Shown here one piece after another: positions 41,060-51,722 of a DNA stretch of 64,000 nucleotides. The notes under the pieces were generated by a model. It worked only from the letters and a program-made list of their open reading frames with translations, did no database searches and was not told the origin of the DNA. Origin of the DNA: Theionarchaea archaeon (GTDB taxonomy: Archaea > Methanobacteriota_B > Thermococci > Methanofastidiosales > SZ-28-30); assembly GCA_018992685.1 (NCBI GenBank), contig JACVGT010000001.1, positions 1-64,000 on the forward strand. Reading direction: 5' to 3'. Numbering within the stretch: the stretch's first letter is position 1; every line of letters begins with the position of its first letter. The position numbers were made by a program, and so were the translations under genes.

Positions 41060-42805
41060 TTACTTCAAGTTCAATATCTTTTCTGTTTCCTCATCCCTTC
41101 CTAGATATGTCAGCTGGCTGGCTGCTCCATCTACCATCCATTCCTGCTTACAGTGTTCAGGGCTCCTGAATAGTTCTGTAATAGTAGTCACTGGATCATC
41201 AATTCTCACCCATTTCACATTATCGTACCACACATGGTCCTTTTCAAACACAACTGGAGTGCCATTGAACTCAAAGAAGAGGTTCGACACGTCTTCGTGC
41301 TGGTACAACCGTTCACTCTGATCACACTTCAAATGGAGATATCCATCATCTTCAATCTTGACTCCACAGAAGACAGGTTCAGTACCGTAAATATTCATGT
41401 GATACAACCCGGCAAATGCTTTCCACGCAGGGTTATGTGGTCCAGGAGATTCGGGTGGTCTGCCCCTGTAGTCCATGTGGAGGATTCCAGAGTTTTCTGA
41501 ATACATCTTCAAAGAGACAGGTTCCCCATCGTCGACCTGAAATACCACTCCCTTGGGAGACTCAGCACTGAAGGCTGTTTCATTGTGTGGAGTGAGCTCA
41601 ACTGCTCTGTCAGGATAATCCAGATATATTGTGCCATTCCGTACATTAACTGATACGGTGCCCCAGAACCCACTATAAACTCCTGTGAGCCGTTTCAGCA
41701 ATGCCTCATCAATCTTCACAGAAGTTTCAAATGGAAACTCAGCAGGACGTAAAGGTACCCCCTTAGCCTCCAGAACACGCCTTACAGCATTCTTTGCAAG
41801 TACGCTAATATAATCACTGTATTCCTGATTTGTAAAGACAGCCACTCCACAATCATACTCAGGCAGCCAGTACATTTCAGAACGCAGCCCAAAGCCACCC
41901 CCTGGATGATATGATAGAGAAATACCCCATTCTCTGTTCACCAGTGTTCCCAGGCCATACCATCCTTCCTTATCCACAGACCGCATGACATCAATTAACG
42001 CGGAATTCAGGACGTTATCACCTTCAACCTGCCCCCTGTTCAGGAGAAATTGCACGAATACAGCTTGCTCTTGAATAGAGAGAGAAGCTGCACCACATCC
42101 AAGTCCCACAGGATCTATCTGTGCTGCTTTGACTTCACCCAGGTATCCCTTTGCTGCATTCTGGGTATTGTACACCTCTCTTGTGTTGTAGTGGAAGTGT
42201 ATACCAAGAGGATCACCAACCACTCTCTGTACATACTCGGTGTATGATTCACCTGTGATACGCTCTAGGAGATACGTAACCAGGTCCATTCCCACGTTAG
42301 AATACGCAATTCCTTTCCCCACGGGAAATTTCAGCCATGTACCATTAATACCCTCAATGTGTTCCTCCCAGGTACAGGGTACATAATTAAAGACTCCACC
42401 CACTTTTGATTCCCGAACGAGACCAGATGTGTGTGATAACAGGTGCCTAAACGTAATCTTTTTGTACTGATCTCTACCAAACCTGCTGTTGACTTTGAAT
42501 TCAGGACAGATCTTGAATACACAATCATCAAGGGTAACTAGTCCCTCCTGGACAGCCAGCAAAAACGCAACTGTCGTGACAGTTTTTGTGGTTGATTGGA
42601 GGGAAAATAGGGTGTCTATGTTAACTGCCTGTCGTCCTGATACATCAGTAACCCCAAAACATCCGCACCATACCAACCCTTTCTTGGAGACCAGAGCTAT
42701 CGCTAGCCCTGGGATATTCTCTTTTTTCATCTTTTCAGGTATTTCTTTCTGAAAATCTTCAATTATGTCCATATAGTTACGTTTCATTTCATTTTTCATT
42801 GTCAA
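41060..42805 (-). CDS. serine hydrolase, beta-lactamase/AmpC-like family
   Basis: SxxK (STTK), LLSHTSGL, YSN and HPGG; no signal peptide. Confidence 0.9.
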   Translation of the reverse strand: MTMKNEMKRNYMDIIEDFQKEIPEKMKKENIPGLAIALVSKKGLVWCGCFGVTDVSGRQAVNIDTLFSLQSTTKTVTTVAFLLAVQEGLVTLDDCVFKICPEFKVNSRFGRDQYKKITFRHLLSHTSGLVRESKVGGVFNYVPCTWEEHIEGINGTWLKFPVGKGIAYSNVGMDLVTYLLERITGESYTEYVQRVVGDPLGIHFHYNTREVYNTQNAAKGYLGEVKAAQIDPVGLGCGAASLSIQEQAVFVQFLLNRGQVEGDNVLNSALIDVMRSVDKEGWYGLGTLVNREWGISLSYHPGGGFGLRSEMYWLPEYDCGVAVFTNQEYSDYISVLAKNAVRRVLEAKGVPLRPAEFPFETSVKIDEALLKRLTGVYSGFWGTVSVNVRNGTIYLDYPDRAVELTPHNETAFSAESPKGVVFQVDDGEPVSLKMYSENSGILHMDYRGRPPESPGPHNPAWKAFAGLYHMNIYGTEPVFCGVKIEDDGYLHLKCDQSERLYQHEDVSNLFFEFNGTPVVFEKDHVWYDNVKWVRIDDPVTTITELFRSPEHCKQEWMVDGAASQLTYLGRDEETEKILNLK

Positions 42806-43355
42806 TTCTCCTTTTCCATTTTAACTACGTCAGTTCTACCTCCAAGATTCCCACTTCCAGATCGTTGATGAGTCTGTCCAGAATGGATTGTCGGGCAGAA
42901 TCTGAAGCACTGAGTACTAGCCTCTCTCAATGAGCTCACTAATGAACTATGCACCTTCTCAGGAATCTTGCTTGCCTTCAGCTACATCTCTTATCGCAGT
43001 AGCTGCTTTTGTGTCCTCCACAAAGGACACTTTGAGGCTTTTCTTAGATCATATAAAAGTTTTCGGGTTCTCGTCATGTGTTGTGGGCCAGCCACGACCC
43101 CGAAATCACAGCACTCTCAAGTCCTTAGAGGTGAAGAATCCGAGATCATCATCTCTAGGGTGAATGACAGTGGAGCCCAAGAATTCTCATGTGGAATTTG
43201 ATAGTGAACAGCGCTCTGACACGGTCCAAGAGACTCGTGGAGAAGAGGTCAACCTGACCCTCGGGAGACCCTGAAAAGTAGAATAGTAAAGGATATGAGG
43301 AAGATTGTGACCTCAAAATCCAAAATAGAAAATTAAAAAAAGAGAGAAAATAAAT

Positions 43356-46300
43356 TTAGCGTCTTCTGTATAGTGCTGCAGATCCAAACAATACGAGCAT
43401 GAAAACAAGGGTAGTTCCTAAACAGGATCCACCGTTGTCAACTTCGCAGGTGACTGTGTCCTGAGCTTCCGGTGTGCTTGACGCGTATCCCTCAGCCAGT
43501 ATGGTGTGGTTGCCGTCAGAATAGTCAGTCGTATCCCAGCTGTACTGGAAGGGTGCTGTGTAGTCAGTTCCCACGAGCGAGCCATCAATATAGAACCTTA
43601 CCTCTTCACAGTTGGTGTCTGTAGTTATTGTAACAGTATCAGACACAACCTCACCATCAGATGGGTTGGTGATGGTAAGATAGTATTCGATGACATTGTC
43701 CACGGTGACGGTAACAGAGTCGGTGTCTTCCAAGGTACCAGATACGTATCCCTCAACCATTATGGTGTGGTTACCATCAGGGTAGGCTGTCGTGTCCCAG
43801 GTGTACTGGAAGGGTGACGATGTATCATCATACACGAAAGTGCCATCAATGTAGAACCTCACTTCATCGCAGTTGGTGTCTACTGTAATGATGACAGTTC
43901 CTGAAACTGTTGACCCATTGGGTGGATTGGTAATGGTAATGTAGTACGTGATGTTTTCCACCGTGACGGTAACAGAATCACTGTCTTCCAAGGTACCTGA
44001 TACGTATCCCTCAGCCAGTATGGTGTGGGTTCCATTGGAATATCCAGTGGTGTCCCAGGTGTAATCGAATGGTGATGCTGTATCATCCTTCACCAGAGTG
44101 CCGTCAATGTAGAACTTCACTTCATCGCAGTTGGTGTCTGTGGTAACGCTGACTGTTCCAGAAACAGTGGACCCGTTGGCTGGATTCGTAATGGTAACGT
44201 AGTAGCTGATGTTGTCCACGGTGACGGTAACAGAGTCAGTGTCTTATGGTGTGGGTTCCATCAGAGTACGCTGTGGTGTCCCAGGTGTAATCGAATGGTG
44301 ATGCTGTATCATCCTTCACCAGAGTCCCGTCAATGTAGAACTTCACTTCATCGCAGTTGGTGTCTGTGGTAACGCTGACTGTTCCAGAAACAGTGGACCC
44401 GTTGGCTGGATTCGTAATGGTAACGTAGTAGCTGATGTTGTCCACGGTGACGGTAACAGAGTCAGTGTCTGAGCCAGAATGGTGTGGCTGCCGTTGGAAT
44501 ATCCAGTGGTGTCCCAGGTGTAATCGAATGGTGATGCTGTATCATCCTTCACCAGGGTGCCGTCAATGTAGAATTTCACTTCATCGCAGTTGGTGTTTGT
44601 GGTAACGCTGACTGTTCCAGCAACAGTTTCTCCTTCTGAGGGGTTCGTAATGGTAACGTAGTAGACGACATTATCCACGGTGACAGTAACAGAATCACTG
44701 TCTTTCAATATACCTGACACGTATCCCTCAGCCAGTATGGTGTGGTTCCCATTGGAATATCCAGTGGTGTCCCAGGTGTAATCGAATGGTGATGATGTAT
44801 CATCCTTCACCAGGGTGCCGTCAATGTAGAACTTCACTTCATTGATTGATCCTGTTGTGTACGTGGTAACGCTAACTGTTCCAGATACAACTTCCCCTTC
44901 GTTCGGGCTCGTAATGGTCACTGTGTCCTGTACTCCTCTCTTGGTCAGACAGGGGGTCTCTGGGTCTCCCATGAGATTTCTTTCATAGAAGCACCACCTG
45001 TAGTATGTGTCGCTCTGAGCTGAGGCTGCCATGTAGTATCGTGACCTGTTCAGAATGTCACCCAGCTTCTGATAGCCATCGCCCCAACAAGCTCTTACCT
45101 CCATCTCGCAGAATTCTCCACTCAGTGCGCATGCGTCATTCGTCATGTACCAGCCGTAGTTGTCATTGTAGAGGGCACCAATAGCCCCACAGTCGTCTTT
45201 AACGTAAAACTCAGCCAGACAGTCAGAAGCCTCAAATTCACCGGTAATGCAGGCAACACTGGTGGTCCAGGGATAGAAGGTGTTGTTCAAACTGGCTACA
45301 TCTGTCGTGTACCAGCTCACGGTGCCACCCACTTCGTAGTTGATGTAGTACACAGTCGTATTTCCATGTCCAATGTGGACTACCGCTATGGGGTTAGCAG
45401 CCCATGCAGCTATCCAATCGCTCTTTGTCACCGTGCCGTCTTCTTCGAAGAGATATTCGATGGTGTAACTGCTAGGGATGTAATCATCACAGTTCCAAGC
45501 CAGACAGCGGGCATCTGGACTGTTGTTGCTGCCCACTCGAGATTCGTGCAGGCAGACTCTCTCCGGCTTATCCATCTGCTCGTAGGCAATGACCTTGTTG
45601 ACAAATATCTGGGCTTCCGTAGTGTTATCCACAGGTGCTCGACCTACTGCAACCTCCGCATAGAAGTCGACATTATCATTGGTCTCACCGTAGTAGCTGT
45701 CACCATCCGAGTTGTGACTGCCGTCCAGGTGAGCGTAATACATGTCTGCTGCCATGTCACTGTCAGTATATCCACCTGTGCTGACGTAAAATCCTCTATA
45801 GGGGACAACGCCAGTATCACCACCAAGTAGGACGTATAGTGTACCGTTGTTGGTGTACTTGTCAATGATGAAGTTTCGGATCTTCATCTGGTTGTCAGTA
45901 CCACTGTAGTTGGATGTAATCCAGGACACTGTGTAAACGGAAGCGCCGTCCACGAAGCCAGCTTTCCAGTCTGCTAAGTCCTGGAATGTGGACTGCAATG
46001 TGTCGTTGGTGATGATGATGTACTCTTCTGTCGCCAGTGGAACAGGTTCACTCTCATAGGTACTCAGTGTGTCAATGTTATCTACAATGTCAGCGACTGC
46101 AACTTTGTCCTTTTCCAACCCTCTATACAGCTTGTTCTTCATGCCATTACCAAACTGTACCTCAACAGTCAACCTCTGATAGAAGTGGACTGTGCCAGAC
46201 TTTGGCTGGTACTGCACAGGGAACAAGAGTAGGTTCAGGATGTCGTATCCTCTGAACGATTCTATGCCCACGACTTGGAACAGTGTCTTGGGGTATAGAC

Positions 46301-46685
46301 TGTTGGAGTTGTATGTCTCTTCATTTCTGCCAACCATCACAGGTGTATCGCTGAATGTGCAGGGGGGGTGACCCCATGGCAGGTCAAAGCCTGTCAGGAT
46401 AGTGGGGTTGCCATGCTTTACCTTCACGTCCTTCACCTCTACACCCTGAGGCAGGAGAATCGAGGCAGTTCTGTAGGGCACTAGCGGCTCTCCCGGGACA
46501 GAATAAATCTGGGTATCCTCAATCAGATAGCTGCCGCATCCACCACACAGACCATCTACCATGACTGGCGTGAATGTGTAGTCTACACCGAAATTGTCGT
46601 TCTTAGAAAAAGCTGTTGGAATACTCATGCAAAGCATTAGTACCAATGCTAGTATTGTCACTTTTCTACCTTTCAATCCTTTCAC
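43356..46685 (-). CDS. gingipain-like peptidase C25 with propeptide, tandem Ig-like repeats and C-terminal anchor; split by two frameshifting deletions
   Basis: PGEPLVP propeptide, LLGGD, VGRAPV, HIGHG and SVACITGEFE; repeats ITNP..VKFYIDG..YTWDTT..GxHTI; ORF pieces 44343-46685, 44236-44445 and 43356-44219. Confidence 0.85.
43435..44925 (-). repeat. about six tandem Ig-like domain repeats of ~225-265 nt
   Basis: Near-identical blocks, e.g. GTGTCCCAGGTGTAATCGAATGGTGATG at ~44050, ~44275, ~44510 and ~44770. Confidence 0.9.
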
Positions 46686-47041
46686 CTCCTTTAGGATTTT
46701 ATGAGCCTCTATTTGAATACTAGCTTATATAGTTTTTGGTAGTCTGGAATTATTGAGATTTGTGCTTTAAATTCATAGAGTTCTGGATGGAGGTCTCGCT
46801 TCATTAAGAGACGAATGAGCCGTGGATTTCCAAAAAGACACCCTAAGAATTCCATTTATGAGGTTCATAGAAAAGCCAGAGATGAGGCATGACCTTGAAA
46901 ACATGGTTTCATGTTTGAGATTTGACTGGGATTGGACAGTCTGATGTGAGATTTGCCAGTCTGATAATTCCGGTTTGTAGTGAAAAGGCAAACCCAACGC
47001 TTATATGTGTGTGATCCCTTCCTGAAAAAGGAGGTAATGGT

Positions 47042-47302
47042 ATGGCAAAGCTGAATGTAGAGGGACCGCTTCCGTCTAACTGGAAGAAAGCAGTCAGCTG
47101 GCGAGTTGTGTACGAACCCAATTCTGGCAAGTTTAGAGTGTGCATTTGGGTTGAAGGCGTACAGCAGTGCTTCGTGTGGGATAACCTGTCTGCGGATACA
47201 GTCCATGTTATCATCTACTTGCTAGGTCTCGATGGGCGCAGATGGGGAGACCCAAGTTCAAGAGTGGTGCAGGTAGAAGGCGGAGTAGGCAAATGGACAT
47301 GA
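47042..47302 (+). CDS. 86-aa Trp-rich hypothetical protein
   Basis: TATA CTTATAT at ~47000, AGGAGGT RBS, T-rich terminator at ~47345-47380. Confidence 0.7.
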   Translation: MAKLNVEGPLPSNWKKAVSWRVVYEPNSGKFRVCIWVEGVQQCFVWDNLSADTVHVIIYLLGLDGRRWGDPSSRVVQVEGGVGKWT

Positions 47303-47659
47303 TGCCCAAAGTCCAAGGGCAGAGCACAGGAGTTCTTACGTTCTATTCTCTTTTTTCTTTTCTCTTTCTAGTTAGTTTTTGAAAGGAGATCACGCTGGAA
47401 CGAACAAGAAATGGAAAGTCAGTAGGTTCTCCCTATGAAAGTGAAAATCGTTTCAACTGAACAGAGGTAAGATGCTGAGAGACAAACTCTGAAAGGAACA
47501 TAACGTGGGACCTCATTGACTGGTTGAGCGCCCTCTCAAAGAGTGTAATATTTCGAAGGTACTCTCCAACAAACCTCTGAGGAATGTCTCATGAAAATGA
47601 GCAGGAATAATCATCCATGTAGCAATGCCTGGTACTGTGCTGATAACGCACGCCTTCAC

Positions 47660-47806
47660 GGAAACATTTAAAAGCACATGAAGTATAAAGCTTCTGTGAC
47701 CTCAAAGGTCTCTCTTGTGAGCGATTTGAGCACATCATACTGCGCCATTTCTCAGGCGTCTTAGAAAGAAATCAAGATTATTAACCATAAAGAAAGATAT
47801 GGAGAT
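47660..47806 (+). promoter_or_regulatory. promoter and structured leader of the S13 operon
   Basis: GAAACATTTAAAA box; stems CTCAAA(47701)/TTTGAG(47725) and GCGCC(47742)/GGCGT(47755). Confidence 0.4.
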
Positions 47807-48274
47807 GTGACTATGTCTGAATTCAAGGGTATCGTGCGTATACATGGCACTGATCTCAAAGGAGATAGAAATCTGGAGTTAGCCCTCACAGGTATCAGGG
47901 GGATCGGCACCATGATGGCGAGAGGTATAGCCAACACAATCAATATCGATCCCAGAGAAAAACTGGGAAATCTCTCTGATGAAAAGATTGAGGAAATTGA
48001 AGAAGTCCTCAGAAATCCTTCAGAACATGGGATTCCACGCTGGATGCTTAACAGAAGACGAGATTACTATTCCGGGGAAGATTCTCACCTGGTGGGCGCT
48101 GACCTCATTATGATTCTCAGGGAAGATCTGAACAGACTCAGGAAGACTCGATCATACCGTGGAATTCGCCATGAGTCAGGGCTGCCGGTAAGAGGACAAC
48201 GAACCAAGTCCAGCTTCCGTACAGGGAGAACTATTGGCGTGAGCCGGAAGAGGGCCAAGGAGAAGAAGAGGTGA
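47807..48274 (+). CDS. rps13: 30S ribosomal protein uS13
   Basis: LTGIRGIG and YRGIRH..GLPVRGQRT. Confidence 0.97.
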   Translation: MTMSEFKGIVRIHGTDLKGDRNLELALTGIRGIGTMMARGIANTINIDPREKLGNLSDEKIEEIEEVLRNPSEHGIPRWMLNRRRDYYSGEDSHLVGADLIMILREDLNRLRKTRSYRGIRHESGLPVRGQRTKSSFRTGRTIGVSRKRAKEKKR

Positions 48275-48278
48275 TTGT

Positions 48279-48755
48279 ATGGGAGATCCCAAGAAACCAA
48301 GAAAATCCTATGACACACCTTCTCACCCCTGGAGAAAGGAGAGAATAGAACTGGAAAAGGAGATGGCCAGAAAATACGGGCTCAAGAACAAGAGAGACAT
48401 ATGGAAGGCTGAATCCAAATTGAGGAGTATCAGGAGACTGGCCAGAAACCTTCTCGGTTCACATGGGGAACAGGCAGAACAGGAAGAAGAAAAGCTCATG
48501 GCCAAACTGCAGAAACTGGGACTGTTGAAAGGAGATTCTGACCTTGATTCGGTCCTGGGATTGACCATAGAAGACATCCTGGAGCGCCGTCTTCAATCAC
48601 TGGTGCACAGGAAAGGCCTTGCCCAGAGCCCCAAACATGCCAGGCAGATGGTAGTACACGGTCATGTCCGGGTGGGGGGCAGGCGCATTACGTCTCCCAG
48701 TTATCTCGTCCCTGTGGAACAGGAAGAGACGATTGTTAGTGAGGTGTTTTCATGA
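48279..48755 (+). CDS. rps4: 30S ribosomal protein uS4
   Basis: [12 protein letters not shown] and ERRLQS. Confidence 0.97.
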   Translation: MGDPKKPRKSYDTPSHPWRKERIELEKEMARKYGLKNKRDIWKAESKLRSIRRLARNLLGSHGEQAEQEEEKLMAKLQKLGLLKGDSDLDSVLGLTIEDILERRLQSLVHRKGLAQSPKHARQMVVHGHVRVGGRRITSPSYLVPVEQEETIVSEVFS

Positions 48756-49141
48756 AGAAAGAAGGATGGGGCGTTGCCCATATTTTTGCATCATTCAACA
48801 ACACCATAGTCCATATTACTGATTTGACAGGTGCAGAAACCATTGCCATGGTATCTGGTGGCATGATTGTCAAGTCTGACCGGGAGGAGTCCTCTCCCTA
48901 TGCAGCAATGAAGGCTGCATTCCAGGCTGCCGATCAGGCGCTGGAGAAGGGCATTGTAGGTGTCCACATAAAAGTGAGAGCTCCAGGCGGAAGCAGAATG
49001 AAGAACCCAGGACCGGGAGCCCAGGCGGCAATTCGTGCTCTCTCCAGGGCCCGGCTCAAAATAGGGTCCATAGAAGATGTCACACCAATCCCTCACGATG
49101 GTACAAAGCCCAAAGGAGGAAAGCGCGGAAGAAGGGTCTAA
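48752..49141 (+). CDS. rps11: 30S ribosomal protein uS11
   Basis: ASFNNT, SSPYAAM and [10 protein letters not shown]. Confidence 0.97.
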   Translation: MKKEGWGVAHIFASFNNTIVHITDLTGAETIAMVSGGMIVKSDREESSPYAAMKAAFQAADQALEKGIVGVHIKVRAPGGSRMKNPGPGAQAAIRALSRARLKIGSIEDVTPIPHDGTKPKGGKRGRRV

Positions 49142-49143
49142 CC

Positions 49144-49926
49144 ATGGAACTACGTGTACTGCACCGCGGAGAAGACAAGATCCGATTTGTTGTCGAAGGA
49201 GTGAATGCTGCCTTTGTTAATGCGCTGCGCAGGACATTCATCAGCGGAATTCCCACCTTCGCCATAGACTACGTCGTATTCTACTCCAACATCTCTCCAT
49301 TATTTGACGAGATCATTGCTCATCGTCTGGGAATGGTCCCCTTGACCACCGAGACCACCCGCTATATTCCCAGAGATCAGTGCTGTCAGGATGGGTGTGA
49401 GAAATGCTCTGTCACCCTGAGCCTCTCCAAGGAGGGTCCCTGCACGGTGATGTCGGGAGATCTGATTAGCGAAGACTCGGATGTTGTCCCTGTCTATGAG
49501 AATATCCCGCTGGTGAAATTAGGCCCAGATCAGAAGCTGACTCTCAATGCCATTGCACGCATAGGATATGCCAGGCATCATGCTAAGTGGCAGGCAGCTC
49601 TAGCCTCTTTCCAGCATGTAGCTCGAATTTCGGTGGATACTGACATGTGTGATCTGGGAGGAGCCTGCATCAGAGAATGCCCCCGGGGTGTCCTGGACAT
49701 CATGGGAGACGAGCTGGTTCCAAAATATCTGTATAACTGCACTCTGTGCAAGGCGTGCACCGATGTGTGCGATTTCGATGCCATAAAGGTAGAGCCACTC
49801 GATGACAGCTTCATTTTTACTCTGGAATCATATGGGAACGTGCCTGTGGAAGTTTTAGTCCAGGAAGTAGTCCGTATCTTCAACGGAAAGGCTGATTCGC
49901 TATTGGAAGAAACAGAAAAACTCTAG
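49144..49926 (+). CDS. rpoD: RNA polymerase subunit D (Rpo3) with ferredoxin-like domain
   Basis: NALRR, DEIIAHRLG and HAKWQ; CDLGGACIRECP and CTLCKACTDVC. Confidence 0.96.
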   Translation: MELRVLHRGEDKIRFVVEGVNAAFVNALRRTFISGIPTFAIDYVVFYSNISPLFDEIIAHRLGMVPLTTETTRYIPRDQCCQDGCEKCSVTLSLSKEGPCTVMSGDLISEDSDVVPVYENIPLVKLGPDQKLTLNAIARIGYARHHAKWQAALASFQHVARISVDTDMCDLGGACIRECPRGVLDIMGDELVPKYLYNCTLCKACTDVCDFDAIKVEPLDDSFIFTLESYGNVPVEVLVQEVVRIFNGKADSLLEETEKL

Positions 49927-50152
49927 ATACTGGAGATCAGAGATTCCAGCTTGTCTAGTGTTCATGTGGTCACGTGATTAGTTCTCTCTGCAAATGGGTG
50001 TACTGAAATTCAAGAGATTTTTATTCCCATCCCCTTCTCTCTTTGACATTTCTACCTTTAGCACCTGTATCAGTGACTGTATTTGAAGAAGATAATGACT
50101 GTCTGCTCATGACAAAGGAAAGACTTATATTGGAGTAATCACCCTTTTCTGC

Positions 50153-50644
50153 ATGGAGAAAGATGTGGAATACGACCTGGATGAGTTTATTAGAAAGGCC
50201 AGGAGACGTTCAGCTGAGTACGAGGAACAGCCCTACGACGAGACAACATTCAGAAACTACAGAAGGTTTTCCAATCTAGAGGAACACGAGGATTATTACC
50301 AGCAAATAAAGGTTTGCAAGGCCATTCTAAATGATATCAGATCCAGATCCCACTTTTTGTCTAAGATGGAGAAGTATTCTCCAGGTATTAGTTCACTCTC
50401 CATAGAGGATGTAGCAAAGATCAGGTACAGTTCAGAGAATGAATCATACATTGTTTATGCAGATGGAACTGAGTTCGACATTTACGAGGACGACATGAAA
50501 TTCATTTACCCCTCAATTGTCGACATTCCTGATTCATATGAGTTTGAGGTCGTCATCGAGGACTCTTCAGTGTACGTGTACAACAAGTTTACTGCAGATC
50601 AGCCCTTCAGGGTGTTCGGGGCAGCTGAGGCGGCTGAAGAGTAG
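50153..50644 (+). CDS. acidic hypothetical protein
   Basis: 163-aa ORF with TATA CTTATAT ~25 nt upstream. Confidence 0.7.
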   Translation: MEKDVEYDLDEFIRKARRRSAEYEEQPYDETTFRNYRRFSNLEEHEDYYQQIKVCKAILNDIRSRSHFLSKMEKYSPGISSLSIEDVAKIRYSSENESYIVYADGTEFDIYEDDMKFIYPSIVDIPDSYEFEVVIEDSSVYVYNKFTADQPFRVFGAAEAAEE

Positions 50645-51722
50645 AGAAATACAGTGAATACAAGTCACTGGTGAGAGTTTTGATGCCTTCCAGAAGTATT
50701 TCGGCCTGGGCAGCATCTGGCCCCAGGTTTCGCACCTGCAGGGTCAAGGTTCTGGCACGTTCAGGAATGTCGGGAATGGCTCTAATCGACTGTTGAAGTT
50801 CAAGAAAGCTGACCAGCTTGAAGCAGGCCTGGAAAAAGTAGGCCAGTCGCTCGGGGTCATACATTTTCTCTCCAATTTTCCACTGATAGTTCTGCAGGCC
50901 AAAAGCAGCCAGTCTGCCATTGGATACCCACCGTTTCACTTCCTTAATCCAAGTTCGCTTTTCATTTCCTTTGATCTGGGAGCCCGTGGGTTCCACGTGA
51001 TATCCTCTGTGAGGTATCTTCGAAAGCAGGGCTATCAGTTCTCGGTTAGCGTCTGGGAAGTGAGGATGTTCAAAATGAGGTCCAAATAAGTAGAGACACC
51101 CTCTCGAAACCTTCTTGGTTATCAGGGCTCTCTTCCCAAGGAGAGCCTGTCGTGCTTCCTCTTTCCCGCAGAGGAACATGGTCTTGGGAGTGAACTGGGA
51201 GTAGGACGCCAGAGGTTCAGCGTTTGCAGAGAGGATTCCCGGACCTCCATATAACGGTGCCTGTATGGTGTATCCATTGTATTCCAGAGTTACAGCCTCC
51301 CTTACGGGGTGGAATACGAACCCGTCTCTGTATTTTACCAGATACTTGTGAGGCATTCGTATGTTGGGAGGGGGTTCAATTGCGAAGTTTGAAATCTCCC
51401 CGTCCACTAGGTTGAGCCAGGGATAGGGATTCTCATGGAACCGGAGGGCAAAGTATGTCCCAGCACAGATCCCAATATAAGTTCCCCCCTTCTCAATGAA
51501 AGACCGTATCCGGGAAACGCCATGCTTCCCGATATGAGAAAAGAGGGCAAAAGGATCACCTCCCGAAACTACCAGGACATCTGCTGCAATATCCCCGGTA
51601 TCGGTGATGAATTCAATGGTGTTGATCCCGTGGGAACTCAGGGTATCAACGAACCAGATCCATGAATGGGAAGCTCCCTTGCCAGTGTATAACGCAATTT
51701 TCAGCGGTAATTCTGCAGTCAT
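50607..51722 (-). CDS. BPL_N / class I glutamine-amidotransferase-like protein
   Basis: VVSGGD, YIGICAG (nucleophile elbow) and GPHFE. Confidence 0.75.
   Translation of the reverse strand: MTAELPLKIALYTGKGASHSWIWFVDTLSSHGINTIEFITDTGDIAADVLVVSGGDPFALFSHIGKHGVSRIRSFIEKGGTYIGICAGTYFALRFHENPYPWLNLVDGEISNFAIEPPPNIRMPHKYLVKYRDGFVFHPVREAVTLEYNGYTIQAPLYGGPGILSANAEPLASYSQFTPKTMFLCGKEEARQALLGKRALITKKVSRGCLYLFGPHFEHPHFPDANRELIALLSKIPHRGYHVEPTGSQIKGNEKRTWIKEVKRWVSNGRLAAFGLQNYQWKIGEKMYDPERLAYFFQACFKLVSFLELQQSIRAIPDIPERARTLTLQVRNLGPDAAQAEILLEGIKTLTSDLYSLYFSTLQPPQLPRTP

Larger units (their letters stand above)
29210..47600. mobile_element. probable decayed genomic island at tRNA-Ser
   Basis: Integrase remnant abuts the tRNA 3' end; accessory genes separate tRNA-Ser from S13; right boundary approximate, no attR seen. 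Confidence 0.55.

Noticed and set aside
43435-44925. CRISPR array or DGR template/variable repeats
   Set aside because: Repeats are ~250-nt coding Ig domains without spacers; no cas or reverse transcriptase gene and no adenine-specific pattern seen.
47300-47800. attR direct repeat of the tRNA-Ser 3' end
   Set aside because: Only a short GCGCCA match near 47742; too short to call.
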